Source of the DNA: Octopus sinensis | Taxonomy: Eukaryota | Assembly (NCBI RefSeq): GCF_006345805.1 | Contig: NC_043003.1 | Span: 59,582,001 to 59,646,000, forward strand | Reading direction: 5' to 3' | DNA: 64,000 nucleotides | Shown: positions 53,790 through 64,000 of the stretch, in pieces | Layout: each line of letters begins with the position of its first letter | How positions within the stretch are numbered: position 1 is the stretch's first letter | The notes under the pieces: model-generated | Told to the model about the DNA's origin: nothing | The model's database searches: none | What the model saw: only the letters and a program-made list of their open reading frames with translations | Made by a program: the position numbers and the translations under genes

Positions 53790-54300
53790 TTTATATTCAG
53801 CCACAGCCTCACTCTCTCCTGCCATTTCTCCCCCTCCTCCTTCTTCTTCTCCTCCCCCTCCTTCTCCTTCTCCTTCTCCTTCTCCTCCTTCTCCTTCTAC
53901 TTTGTCGTCGCTGTCACCCTCCACTCTTTTCTACTGTTCTTACCACCAGCCAACCGCTACCACCACGTCTAACACACTGCTGCCACCACCACCAACAACA
54001 ACACCACCAACACCATCACCATCACCACAACAACAACAACAACAACAACAACACCCACTATCAACTACCACCATACCCACATGTACCACAAATATCAGCA
54101 GCACCCCACCACCACCACCACCACCACCGTCACGGTGTATCACCACCGAAACAACTTTTTCCACTGCCATCATCATCCCTAACGCCAACACCACTGCTGC
54201 TGACATCACCTTTACTACACCGCTACCAGCACAACGATCATCATCATCATCAACATGAAGGATAGCAACAGCAACAACACCAACATTACAGCAACCGTCA
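53790..54300. repeat. Low-complexity (CT)/(CAC)/(CAA)/(CAT) degenerate triplet region
   Basis: Direct reading; all frames are open with homopolymeric peptides. Confidence 0.85.
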
Positions 54301-54324
54301 GTTCCACTGTCATTACTATCATCA

Positions 54325-55310
54325 GTAAGGTTGGCAGAATCGTTTAAAGCGTTTGTAAGACAAGCCTTGCAATATTTCTTCCGGCGATTTATGTTTTGCG
54401 TTCAAGTCTTGCCGAAGCTAGCTTTGATTATCGTCTTTCAGTAATCAATAGAACAACGTAGCAGTCTATAGCAATAGAGTCGATTTAATCGACTAACCCT
54501 CTCCCTTCAAAATTTTTGGGCCGGTTTTTTTTTTCGCATAAACTGCAATCAATTATTGTTACAACATCAATTTTTTAAAACTTCAATAACATCATCATTT
54601 TTTAAAACTTCAAAATAACAACACCTAGTCGTGTTTGATCACTTTCTATATAAATTGAACATAAAATAGTAGCTATAAATGTCCAAAGGTCTATAAACAG
54701 CCCCACTTTCTTGTTTTGAAAGAGTATATCATCTCCATCATATATTTCCTTCTTTACCTGTTTCTTCTCTTTCTTGTTATTTTCTAATTTCCTCTCCTAC
54801 TCCTCATCACCATCCTTATTATTATCATTCTTTAAAATCATCATCATCATCATCATCAACGTATCGTTATGGCTGCTTTTGGTGTTGTGGCTGACGTCCT
54901 TGATTTTATTTTATTTTATTTTTTTTGGTCTCTGTCTAAGCAGGTACACTCGTTAGCTCAATCGACAACGTGCCACGCTGTATTTCTTTTGATTCATAAC
55001 GTTGTGTTCAAATTTGGACGGAACCAACTTTGTCCTTACACCCACCGAATCCGATAAGATAAAAACCATTTAAGTACTGGGGTCGATGGTATGAAATAAC
55101 CACCTTCAACTAAAAGTGATGATTTTTTTTGTAAAATTTCAAAATATTACTACTAAAAGGTAGTGATTTGGCAGTGTTGTTAGCGTGTCGGGCAAAAGTT
55201 GTTCCGAGTTCAAATTTTGCTTTTTATCCTTTTGAGAATGATAGAATAAATACCATTTGAACCATGGAATCGAGGAAATCGACTAGCCCAATTTTCCCAA
55301 ATATCAGTCT
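54325..55310 (+). mobile_element. Cluster of three degenerate SINE-A copies (about 54325-54530, 54945-55100, 55155-55310)
   Basis: ggcagaatcgtt.../gttagc heads and gtcgatttaatcgacta / gtactggggtcgatg bodies. Confidence 0.55.
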
Positions 55311-55335
55311 TTGTGCATATCGGAGAAAGGATTAC

Positions 55336-55382
<47 letters not shown>

Positions 55383-55401
55383 ATTATTATTATTATTATT
55401 A

Positions 55402-55956
55402 TTTTGCACAGCTAACGCTGGAGATGTACTACAGTGTCAGCTGTTCACTAAATTCACAGCTTATTTTGCTGGGTACGATGGAAAGTGCCAGCTGTCCACA
55501 GCCAGCAGACTATGGTGACGCTTGTTTACCGGTCTTGTTTCAAGAATCCTGCAAAGAATTCTTGCATTTCAAAAGTAATGCTGATTTTTGTAGGTGTTCT
55601 ACCTTCAAATTTTTCAGCCATGTTGGTAGTTGAGTGCTGATACTTCAAAGTGCACCAATTAGGACTGGTATCACGTCTACTCTCTTCATTGACCACAACC
55701 TTCGTATTTCCCTCTTTAAATCGTCATAGTTATTAATTTTTTCTTCTTCCTTCCCATTGATCCCGTTGTCATTGGGGCATGCTATATCGATAGTCATACA
55801 AGTTATTTCTTTTTTATTCCCCACAATAATGTCCAATTTCCTAAGTCTGGTCGGGTGATCGCACTGGATCATTATATCCCACAGGATTTTCCAGTTCTCA
55901 TTTTCCGTGACTCCTTCTGGGTTTTGTTCATAGGTGACTTCTTCTGGAGTTTGTTT
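55402..55956 (-). pseudogene. R4/Dong-clade RLE fragment with 3' UTR
   Basis: RLRKLDIIV...IDIACPND...KINNYDDLKREIRRLW...PVLIGAL; the 3' tail acagctgacactgtagtacatctccagcgttagctgtgcaaaataat is shared with 63720-63775; (ATT)n on both sides. Confidence 0.85.
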
Positions 55957-55981
55957 ATTATTATTGCTGTTGTTGTTGTTT

Positions 55982-56076
<95 letters not shown>

Positions 56077-56079
<3 letters not shown>

Positions 56080-56374
56080 TAGTTATATTTTTATAGCGTG
56101 CTTTCAGTTCACTACCGAGCGCAGCTCTGTGTGCCTTGGGTATGTGCTGTGATTTGTTGTGATGCTCTGATGGTTATTGTATGGAAAGTGTTCTGCGTAG
56201 GATGTGTGCAGTGCCCAGTAGTGCAATTTTCTGTATGTTATATGTGTTTGTAAGTAGTGGTGTTTTTGTTATGTATTTGTTTGAATATTTTTTTATCATG
56301 CCTAATTCACCTACAATGATAGGAATTGTTTCTGTTTTTAGATTCCACATTCTGGTTACCTCTATTTCCAGGTC
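56077..56374 (-). pseudogene. R4/Dong-clade 3' end, same family as 12858-13170
   Basis: Closely matches 12858-13165; embedded in (ATT)n on both sides. Confidence 0.85.
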
Positions 56375-56404
56375 ATTATTATTATTATTATTATTATTAT
56401 TGCG

Positions 56405-56740
56405 AAAATGGCAAGAGCGGATGGTACCTCTTTAAGTGTAGACCAGTAAGTCGGAGAAAGGGAAATGGGTTGGGCAGTTGCCCGTAGTGTTCAGAGAGAT
56501 CTTGGACGGTGGGTTTCCCCGATTATCCCTAGAAGTCATCCTATATCAGGAGGACTACATTTCTATCATCACCCCAAACATTTTAACCTTTGTATATTAT
56601 GTTTATTTCCCTTCCTTTTCATTGTATACCGTCTATACTTATTTTTCTTTTGTTTATTTATATATTTTATCATTTTATTGTATGTAAACTCCAGCACTTT
56701 ATGCTTGGTTTGTATTGTATGTCACATCATTCGCTCTGGC
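56405..56740 (+). mobile_element. Possible 3' end/UTR of an L1/Tx1-type LINE
   Basis: Recognition from memory of similar mollusc LINE ends (ggcagttgcccgt...gtcatccta...ggaggactacattt followed by a T-rich UTR); no diagnostic protein motif. Confidence 0.3.
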
Positions 56741-57039
56741 TGCACATAAATGAAATCGTTATCATTATTATTAAGGCTCTGAGATGGCAGAGTTTGTAAT
56801 GGGCCGTGCAAAATGCTTAACAGCATTTCTTCCGACTTTAAATTCTACCCTTGGGTCTTAAAACAAATTGTACTATTTCTTAATTTATAAAAATACTATG
56901 CAAGTTTCAATTTTTTATTTTTTTCAAATGTAAATATAAATAAAAGATTATTGAAACCGGTAGGCGTTTTTATTATAATAAATTAAGAAATAAAATAAAG
57001 ACCCATTTTATGACCCGGATGCATTTTCAACCTCCAATC

Positions 57040-57258
57040 AGTTCTCATACAATGTTGTGCCGCTGACCTCTATACAGTTTTCCTCTCTCCGTTTTTTTTT
57101 CATTCTCTCTCCAATTTGTTTCCTCTTATTCCTTTCTGTCGAAGATTGTAGGCTCTAAACGTAAAAGGCTTTTCCATTTTTCCCGAGCGTTAAACTAATA
57201 CACCTACTCGCTGTTCCTACACCTGTCTACATCATTTCTTTTTCTGTAAATTTGAAAT
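57040..57258 (+). mobile_element. Small repeat family D with a degenerate hammerhead-like motif (57131-57168)
   Basis: Aligns with the reverse complement of 31027-31260. Confidence 0.55.
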
Positions 57259-58333
57259 GTGTGTGTGTGGGGGGAGCGTGTGTGTGCATAAATGTACGAG
57301 TTACTCTGCTGCAAAGTGTTTAGGCTGTTGGACAAACAATTGTAAGGCCTGAGTTTAATTCCACGCTGGGTACATCATTTCTCAACGAACTAACTTACTC
57401 AACTGAAAATGAGTTTTATCTCCTAGTCTGGTACACATACTTTTAGTCAAAAATCAATATAATTCAAGATGTAAAACGCAGTCCACGCTTGCGACATGTG
57501 TTCAGTACATGTGTATAGTGGTAGACTGGTTGCAGTTGATCTTTCAATCGAACTCATTAAACTGTATCCCTATTGATTTTTTTTTGTTTTAAATATTGCT
57601 TCTATCTATCGGTAGTAAGTACTTTCAACAGTGCAAAATGTTTTAAATAAAGGAGAAAATTTGAACTGGGACTACACAAGAATGTAAATAAAAATTTAAG
57701 ACATCCCTCCGACTCTCTAACAACTTCGGTAATTAAAGTCCTGGACACTTTTCATTATTTTTTAATACAGAAAAATAAAATGAAAGGTCGAAACATAAAG
57801 TTGACCCTGATGAGACTTGAACTCACAGCGTCATAATAAACAAATACCTTAGGGTATTTTATACACCTCTCTAACGACTCAGCCAACTTCTCCATCAAGA
57901 GTTCTTTTAGAATTAGAATAAAACTTTTACACGTCTAGCTTATAGAAAGAAGTACAGCAGTCGCTTTCCAATATTTTTCTGTTGGTATTTTACAGAAATA
58001 CGCTATTAAAACCTAAGTCGCATCTTGTTTTTTTTCTTTTTTGGATTTGTCAGATATGCAAATATATGCAGTAACGTATAAGCAGTTAAATGCATATATG
58101 CATATATTAACATATAATCATCGTTGGGGGCTTTTAGTTTTATTCTGTTTTACTAATGAGGGTTTCACTTAACTTGCTGATGCGTTCAAACATGTAAGAG
58201 AAACTGGTGTACGCAAAACAATTGTGATCGTGAGTGTGTATGTGTGTGAGTGCGTGCGTGTGTATGTGTATTAGTGTGTGAGTGAGTACGGGTGTGTGTA
58301 CATTGTTAATGATTCACGCCATTGGCAACTTAC

Positions 58334-58399
58334 CTTAGGTTTGGCAGTTACCATGAGGACTTGTATAGACTTTCCCGAAAGTAATAAGCTAATCCCTCG
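58334..58399 (-). other. Candidate 66-nt exon (RGISLLLSGKSIQVLMVTAKPK in phase 0)
   Basis: Long polypyrimidine tract plus ctaat branch-like site and ttag| acceptor; consensus AAG|gtaagt donor; length a multiple of 3; only one open frame. Confidence 0.3.
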
Positions 58400-58634
58400 C
58401 TAATGTGTAATTCATTAGGGGGAAAAGAAAAAAGAAACAAGACTATGCGAGAAGAAAGAAGAGGAAAGCACTTGAAAAAACTCAGTACAATGGGATGTAA
58501 ATATATATAAATATATATATATATACATATATACATATATACATATATACATATATATATAGTACGTTTATATATTTGTCGTGCAAGATTTTTTACGCAT
58601 ATATATATACATTCATATATATATATATACATAC

Positions 58635-58665
<31 letters not shown>

Positions 58666-58870
58666 CATATATACACACATATGTAAATGTATAAGTACAC
58701 ACACGTATACGTTCAGTGAGAGAAAATAACGACTGAAGAAGAAAAAGATAATTAGAAATTCGAAATGATGCTGTATTTTCTCTTGTCGACTTAGAATATG
58801 ATTGTGTGTACGTATGTTTGTCTATGAATGTCTGTATATATGTAGGTATGCATATGCATGCATTTATGTA

Positions 58871-58930
<60 letters not shown>

Positions 58931-59768
58931 TGTATATATATATATGCATATATTTAGATTATGTACATATATATAGACATGTCTGTGTATACACATACAC
59001 TCATGCACAAGCATGCAAACACGTAAAAACAGACACACATTTATCATATATATATATATATATATATATACATCAAATTATGCATTGTGTCTATGGAGCA
59101 TTGAAAGAAAAAATGAATTATTTTCATTTCAATTTATTTAGCGTGTATATATATGATTTTGTGAGAAAGAAATATTAGCACCATTAGCAAAGAAATGCAT
59201 ACACTCCAGGAAGCATAACGAAGCAAAAGTGATAAAGTACAACACGTACACACAATCTCATATATATATATATATATATATATTTATGTGTGTATGTATA
59301 GATATATATATATATATGTGTGTGTGTATAATTATATATAAAGATATATAATATAAATATATATAAAATACATGTGAATATGTGTATAGAATTATATGTA
59401 TTTATATATATATATATATAAATATATATCTTTAGATATATGTATAAATATATATATATTATATATATATATATAATATATATATATACACACATATATA
59501 TATATATATAAAGGTATATATGTATATATATATATATTCACACACATACGTGTATAAACATTCATATATAGATACATATACATAACGTATATATCTATAA
59601 ATACAAATATATTCATGCACATATATATATGTATATATATTGAGGTATATTTATACAAACATATATATACACACATACATATACATTTGCACATAAATAT
59701 ATATATGCATAATATCTATATCTATATATCTATATCTATCTATCTATTTATTTATCTATGTATCTTTG

Positions 59769-59863
<95 letters not shown>

Positions 59864-61140
59864 ATATATATATATATATAGCATATGTATCTATAACATA
59901 TGTACCTAAATTCATAGATAGCTATGCACTTACGCATACAAATTATACGTATTTAAGCAGATATTTATATATGTGTACTTGAAATTATTGCCTATAATCA
60001 CAGTGTGTGTATAGCGACGTATTATCTCTTCACATACCATGTTTTTTAATTTTTTTCTTTTTTTTTTTTGGAAGCATTTCTTAAAATTCTTTTCAAATAT
60101 TGAAAATAAATAAAGCCAGAATAGATTCTTATATTTTTTAATATCTGCATCAGAAATCTTTACACGAATTGAAATATTTTTTTCCTATGCAATCCAATTT
60201 AAACTTTTCATAAATGGTACTTGATAGCTTTGAAGACACACAGTATATTTCATTCCTTAAAAATGGTCGGAATTTGTTGTATGAATTAGAAGCCATTCCT
60301 GATTTAAGATAATATCAAAGTGGACTTAGGTTCTAATTGAGCCACAATCAATATGTAAACATTGGAATATCAGTTTGCAATCATAGAAAATTTGCCAACG
60401 TATCAAAAACGAATAACACAAAACGTACCAATTTTTAGATATCAATGTATGTGTTCGTTTTTGTGTATATGTGTATATTATTCTATATGTATTAATGTAT
60501 CTGTATTTGAATCACTCTATATAATACTAGGGATTGTATATCTTTGGCATTCTTTTTAGTTTTTACTTTCTATGGACGCACTGCTTGAAATTATTTTCTA
60601 ATATTGAAAAATGAAGCCAGAATTTTTACATGTATAGAAATGTATCTAAATCTTGGCAATCCAATTTAAGCTCTTCATAAACAGTACTTCATAGTTTTGA
60701 GAAAAATACGGATTTCAACGAAACAGTAAGATATTTCAACTTGCGTCTCTTCTAATGTGTATGCTCAATACAGATAATAGAGTGTATATGTTATCTGGAT
60801 GCAAATGAAAGTGTCCTTACCTACATCAAGGTGACTTCGGCACAATTACAAGTAAGTCGCCAGTGTATGAAATTGAATTACACATTTCCTGTGAGTAAAT
60901 ATATTTCATGCGGAAAATCAACCTTTTATATATATATATATGGTGTCTGTGTGTGTGCGAGCGCGTGTGCATTTGTGTGAAACGCATCGTACTAACTTTT
61001 TAATATTCTGACAAAGAAAATAAGATGGTTATTTCTAATTTAATATAATGTTTATCATACTTAGATACTTAGATAAGTATGAAATGAAATATCAGAAATG
61101 AAAGTGCCTTTCATACGTGACTGCTAAGTCAATAGCGATA

Positions 61141-61556
61141 GGCGCAGGAGTGGCTTTGTGGTAAGTAGCTTGCTAACCAACCGCATGGTTCCGGGTTCAG
61201 TCCCACTGCGTAGCATCTTGGGCAGGTGTCTTCTGCTATAGCCCCGGGCCGACCAATGCCTTGTGAGTGGATTTGGTAGACGGAAACTGAAAGAAGCCTG
61301 TCGTATATATGTATATATATATAAGTGTGTGTGTATATGTTTGTGTGTCTGTGTTTGTCCCCCTAGCATTGCTTGACAACCGATGCTGGTGTGTTTACGT
61401 CCCCGTAACATAGCGGTTCGGCAAAAGAGCCCGATAGAATAAGTACTGGGCTTACAAAGAATAAGTCCCGGGGTCTATTTGCTCGACTAAAGGCGGTGCT
61501 CCAGCATGGCCGCAGTCAAATGACTGAAACAAGTAAAAGAGTAAAGAGTAAAGAGT
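61141..61556 (+). mobile_element. SINE-B, best-preserved reference copy
   Basis: tRNA-like head ggcgcaggagtggctttgtggtaag...ggttcagtccc, internal (AT)/(GT) tract, tail aaagagt repeats. Confidence 0.9.
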
Positions 61557-61562
61557 AGGTCT

Positions 61563-61945
61563 TCTAGATCTTATTTAGATACAATTTTAGTTAGACGGAA
61601 AGACAAGGAGAAGCTAGATGTCCACAATTCCACTTTGTTAACTACAGCGACCACAAATTTGTGTCCTGTAAGCTGGTTGTAGATAGGATATGTAGACAAG
61701 GCCCCGGCTACTGGAAAATTAACAGGTCGGTTTTAACCTTTGAGGAGTACAGGAACCGGATTAGAAAAGAAGGCTCTCACAGGCGCCATTATTAACAATA
61801 AATGGTGGAGGCATTGGAGAAAGGTAGGGCAGCCCAAGTATTGACATCGAGATTGGCGCTCAACCAACACGTCGAGTATTTGATACGAAGTTTGGATTGT
61901 CAGGTCGAAGTTTCGTGCAATGGGTCAACAAGGATCCAACGCTAT
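61563..61945 (+). pseudogene. L1/Tx1-clade LINE ORF2 fragment (APE endonuclease C-terminus)
   Basis: SRSYLDTILVR...VNYSDHKFV...GPGYWKINRS with one frameshift; SDH and GPGYWKxN are diagnostic. Confidence 0.75.
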
Positions 61946-61965
61946 ATGTATATATGTATGTATAC

Positions 61966-62007
<42 letters not shown>

Positions 62008-62600
62008 TCTTTTTTAATGTATTGTAATACTCTTTTTGTGTGTACGTTCGCTCTATCGCTCTTATGCTCCACCCTAATAATCTGTTCATTTTTATATTTC
62101 AGTCAGAAGTCTACAGGGAATATTACGCGACAGTGGACACTCCCTTCTCTCTTTTTCCCTAACAGTATTTTTATTGATATTTGAATGTAATTGCTTTAAT
62201 ACAGTTCAAAATATTTGAAAATTAAACATAAATAAGTAAAATGAAATTTCATAATATTTATTCAGAAAAATCCTGTTTTAATAATAGACGTATATGAACG
62301 AGTGTTCTAACACACAAATACACAAACATGTATGCATGCACTCTTACACCATTTCTCTGCATTTTTTCTTTTCCTCCTCTCTCACCGGTACTTTTTCAGC
62401 GTAATTTCAAATAGAAATAAAAGTGAAATCCAGTATTTCTTGTTGTTGACAACAATATTTATGCAATGCATTGCAGCTACACTGCGGGTATTGTATTAAG
62501 CAGAGGGCAAATAACAACAACAACAACAGCGAAAACAACAACAGCAACAACAAAAACAATAACAATAATAATAATAATAATAATAACAACAATAATAATG

Positions 62601-62668
<68 letters not shown>

Positions 62669-62669
<1 letters not shown>

Positions 62670-63225
62670 GCCCTGATGCAGTACCAGGCAGTGGCTCTCA
62701 TGGCTTCTGATCTTGACTGATTGGAAGTGTTATCATGTACATTGTTTTGTCTTGGTATAAAAGATGGGCTACAGCAAATATTCTGCTCAATACCACAGAT
62801 TTGCTTATCAGTTGTTTGACCTTAACAAGTTGAGCATGTCCCTTAGTGGCTGACGATATGTGCATCTCTGATCACGAGCAGAAGTAGTGGGGGAGCATCA
62901 TGGCCATGTGCTGGGGGGGGGATTCTTTGGGGTTTGAATAATTCACCTCTGGAAACATGGATGGTTCTTTCAACATCCTTAAACAACCCTTATTCAGAGA
63001 CCTTTTGAGCGGGATGGGCTACTCAACCTGAAGAAAATTCTAACTGGGACCCACCTGCAAGGTCATGTGCTGTTTATCTTGATATGAGATCACCATGTCG
63101 CGCACATATGGTTGTGATGCATGTGCCTGGTGTACCTTTATCAGACGGGTAGTCATGATGGGTATATTGGGCTTCGTATATTTTACCCCAGTGTCACTTT
63201 GATGGCATGCACTGCTCTCTCACTC
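62669..63225 (+). mobile_element. 557-bp ORF-less element, reference full-length copy
   Basis: tgccctgatgcagtaccagg...cactgctctctcactc bounded by (AAT)n on both sides. Confidence 0.85.
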
Positions 63226-63245
63226 AATAATAATAATAATAATAA

Positions 63246-63772
63246 TTAGAATAGGAAGCCGGACATAGTCTTAATTGAGAATGAAAGCAAGCTACATAGC
63301 ACGCCCAGCTGACAACAAGGTATGCGGTAAGGAAGAAAGAAAAAGTCGAGAGATATGACAGGTTAGCTTGGGAAGTTAAGTAGTTGTGGTCGATGAAAAG
63401 GGTAGCCGTAGTACCAATAATTGTCGGAGCCCTGGGAACAGTGAGTAAAAATCTCGAGAAGTACGTGGAACAAATAGGGGATGCAATAAGGATGGAGCAC
63501 TTGCAGAAAACAGCACTGCTTGGAACTGTTTCAATACTCTTTTCTCTTTTACTTCTTTCAGTCATTTGACTGCGGCTATGCAGGAGCACCGCAATAGCGG
63601 AAGAGTGCTACGCAGTGGAACTGAGCCCTGAACCATGTGGCTTGTAAGCAAGCTACTTACCACACAGTCACTGGTGCGAATGGTGATCGAAAAATAAGAG
63701 GTATTACCTTAGTTCACTGTTAGTGAACAGCTGACACTGCAGTACATCTCCAGCGTTAAAAGCTGTGCAAAA
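63246..63772 (+). pseudogene. R4/Dong-clade RLE fragment plus 3' UTR, interrupted by a SINE-B
   Basis: RKPDIVLIE...KVERYDRLAWEV.LWSMKRVAVVPIIVGALG...LQKTALLGT; tail shared with 55402-55460; (AAT)n on both sides. Confidence 0.85.
63533..63678 (-). mobile_element. SINE-B with a large internal deletion (head joined to tail)
   Basis: Tail ttcagtcatttgactgcggc lies directly next to head cgcagtggaactgagccc...cttaccacacag. Confidence 0.75.
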
Positions 63773-63792
63773 TAATAATAATAATAATAATA

Positions 63793-63855
<63 letters not shown>

Positions 63856-63872
63856 TTATAATAATAATAATA

Positions 63873-63916
<44 letters not shown>

Positions 63917-63924
63917 TAATAATA

Positions 63925-64000
63925 GTTTTAAATTTTGCCACAAGGGTAGCAATTTTGGGGGAGGTGATGAGTCGATTACATCGACCCTAGTGTTCAACTG
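63925..64000 (-). mobile_element. SINE-A-related tail running off the window
   Basis: gtcgattacatcgaccctagt is the reverse complement of the family-A motif actggggtcgatgtaatcgac; same leader as 39737. Confidence 0.5.

Noticed and set aside
53771-54265. 164-aa His/Gln/Pro/Leu-rich ORF and overlapping ORFs
   Set aside because: Degenerate triplet repeats keep several frames open on both strands; no splice signals or domain.
62669-62900. HDV-like or hammerhead ribozyme at the 5' end of the 557-bp element
   Set aside because: Only short hairpins; CTGACGA at about 62850 is not followed by stem II-GAAA, and no P1-P4 pseudoknot could be assembled by eye.

Overview
AT-rich animal (eukaryotic) genomic DNA saturated with (TA)n, (AAT)n, (AC)n, (ATAG)n and (TACA)n microsatellites and with transposable elements. 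The SINE types and repeat landscape look like a coleoid cephalopod (Octopus-like); this is inference from memory, not a database result. No host protein-coding gene can be established. Nearly all listed ORFs are microsatellite translations, and only a few isolated candidate minus-strand exons are seen. Real coding content is TE-derived: (i) a young Penelope-like element (PLE; RT plus C-terminal GIY-YIG, uninterrupted frame of about 530 codons) with a near-perfect ~560-bp inverted 5' arm (46817-49196); (ii) an old PLE relic (about 15240-17560); (iii) at least seven R4/Dong-type RT-RLE LINE fragments, most bounded by (TAA)n tracts; (iv) a full-length Tc1-type element with DD36E spacing (22198-23424); (v) a decayed mariner with an internal duplication; (vi) RTE and L1/Tx1 fragments, Helitron/HINE-type elements and many tRNA-derived SINE copies. 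The most interesting signal is a set of small non-coding, palindromic or fold-back elements carrying type I hammerhead ribozyme motifs (27006-27051, 37107-37157; degenerate at 57131-57168 and 31121-31156). They may be a PLE-mobilised, ribozyme-bearing non-autonomous retroelement system. A recurrent ~557-bp ORF-less element that lands in (AAT)n tracts is also unexplained. Boundaries of degenerate elements are approximate (tens of bp).
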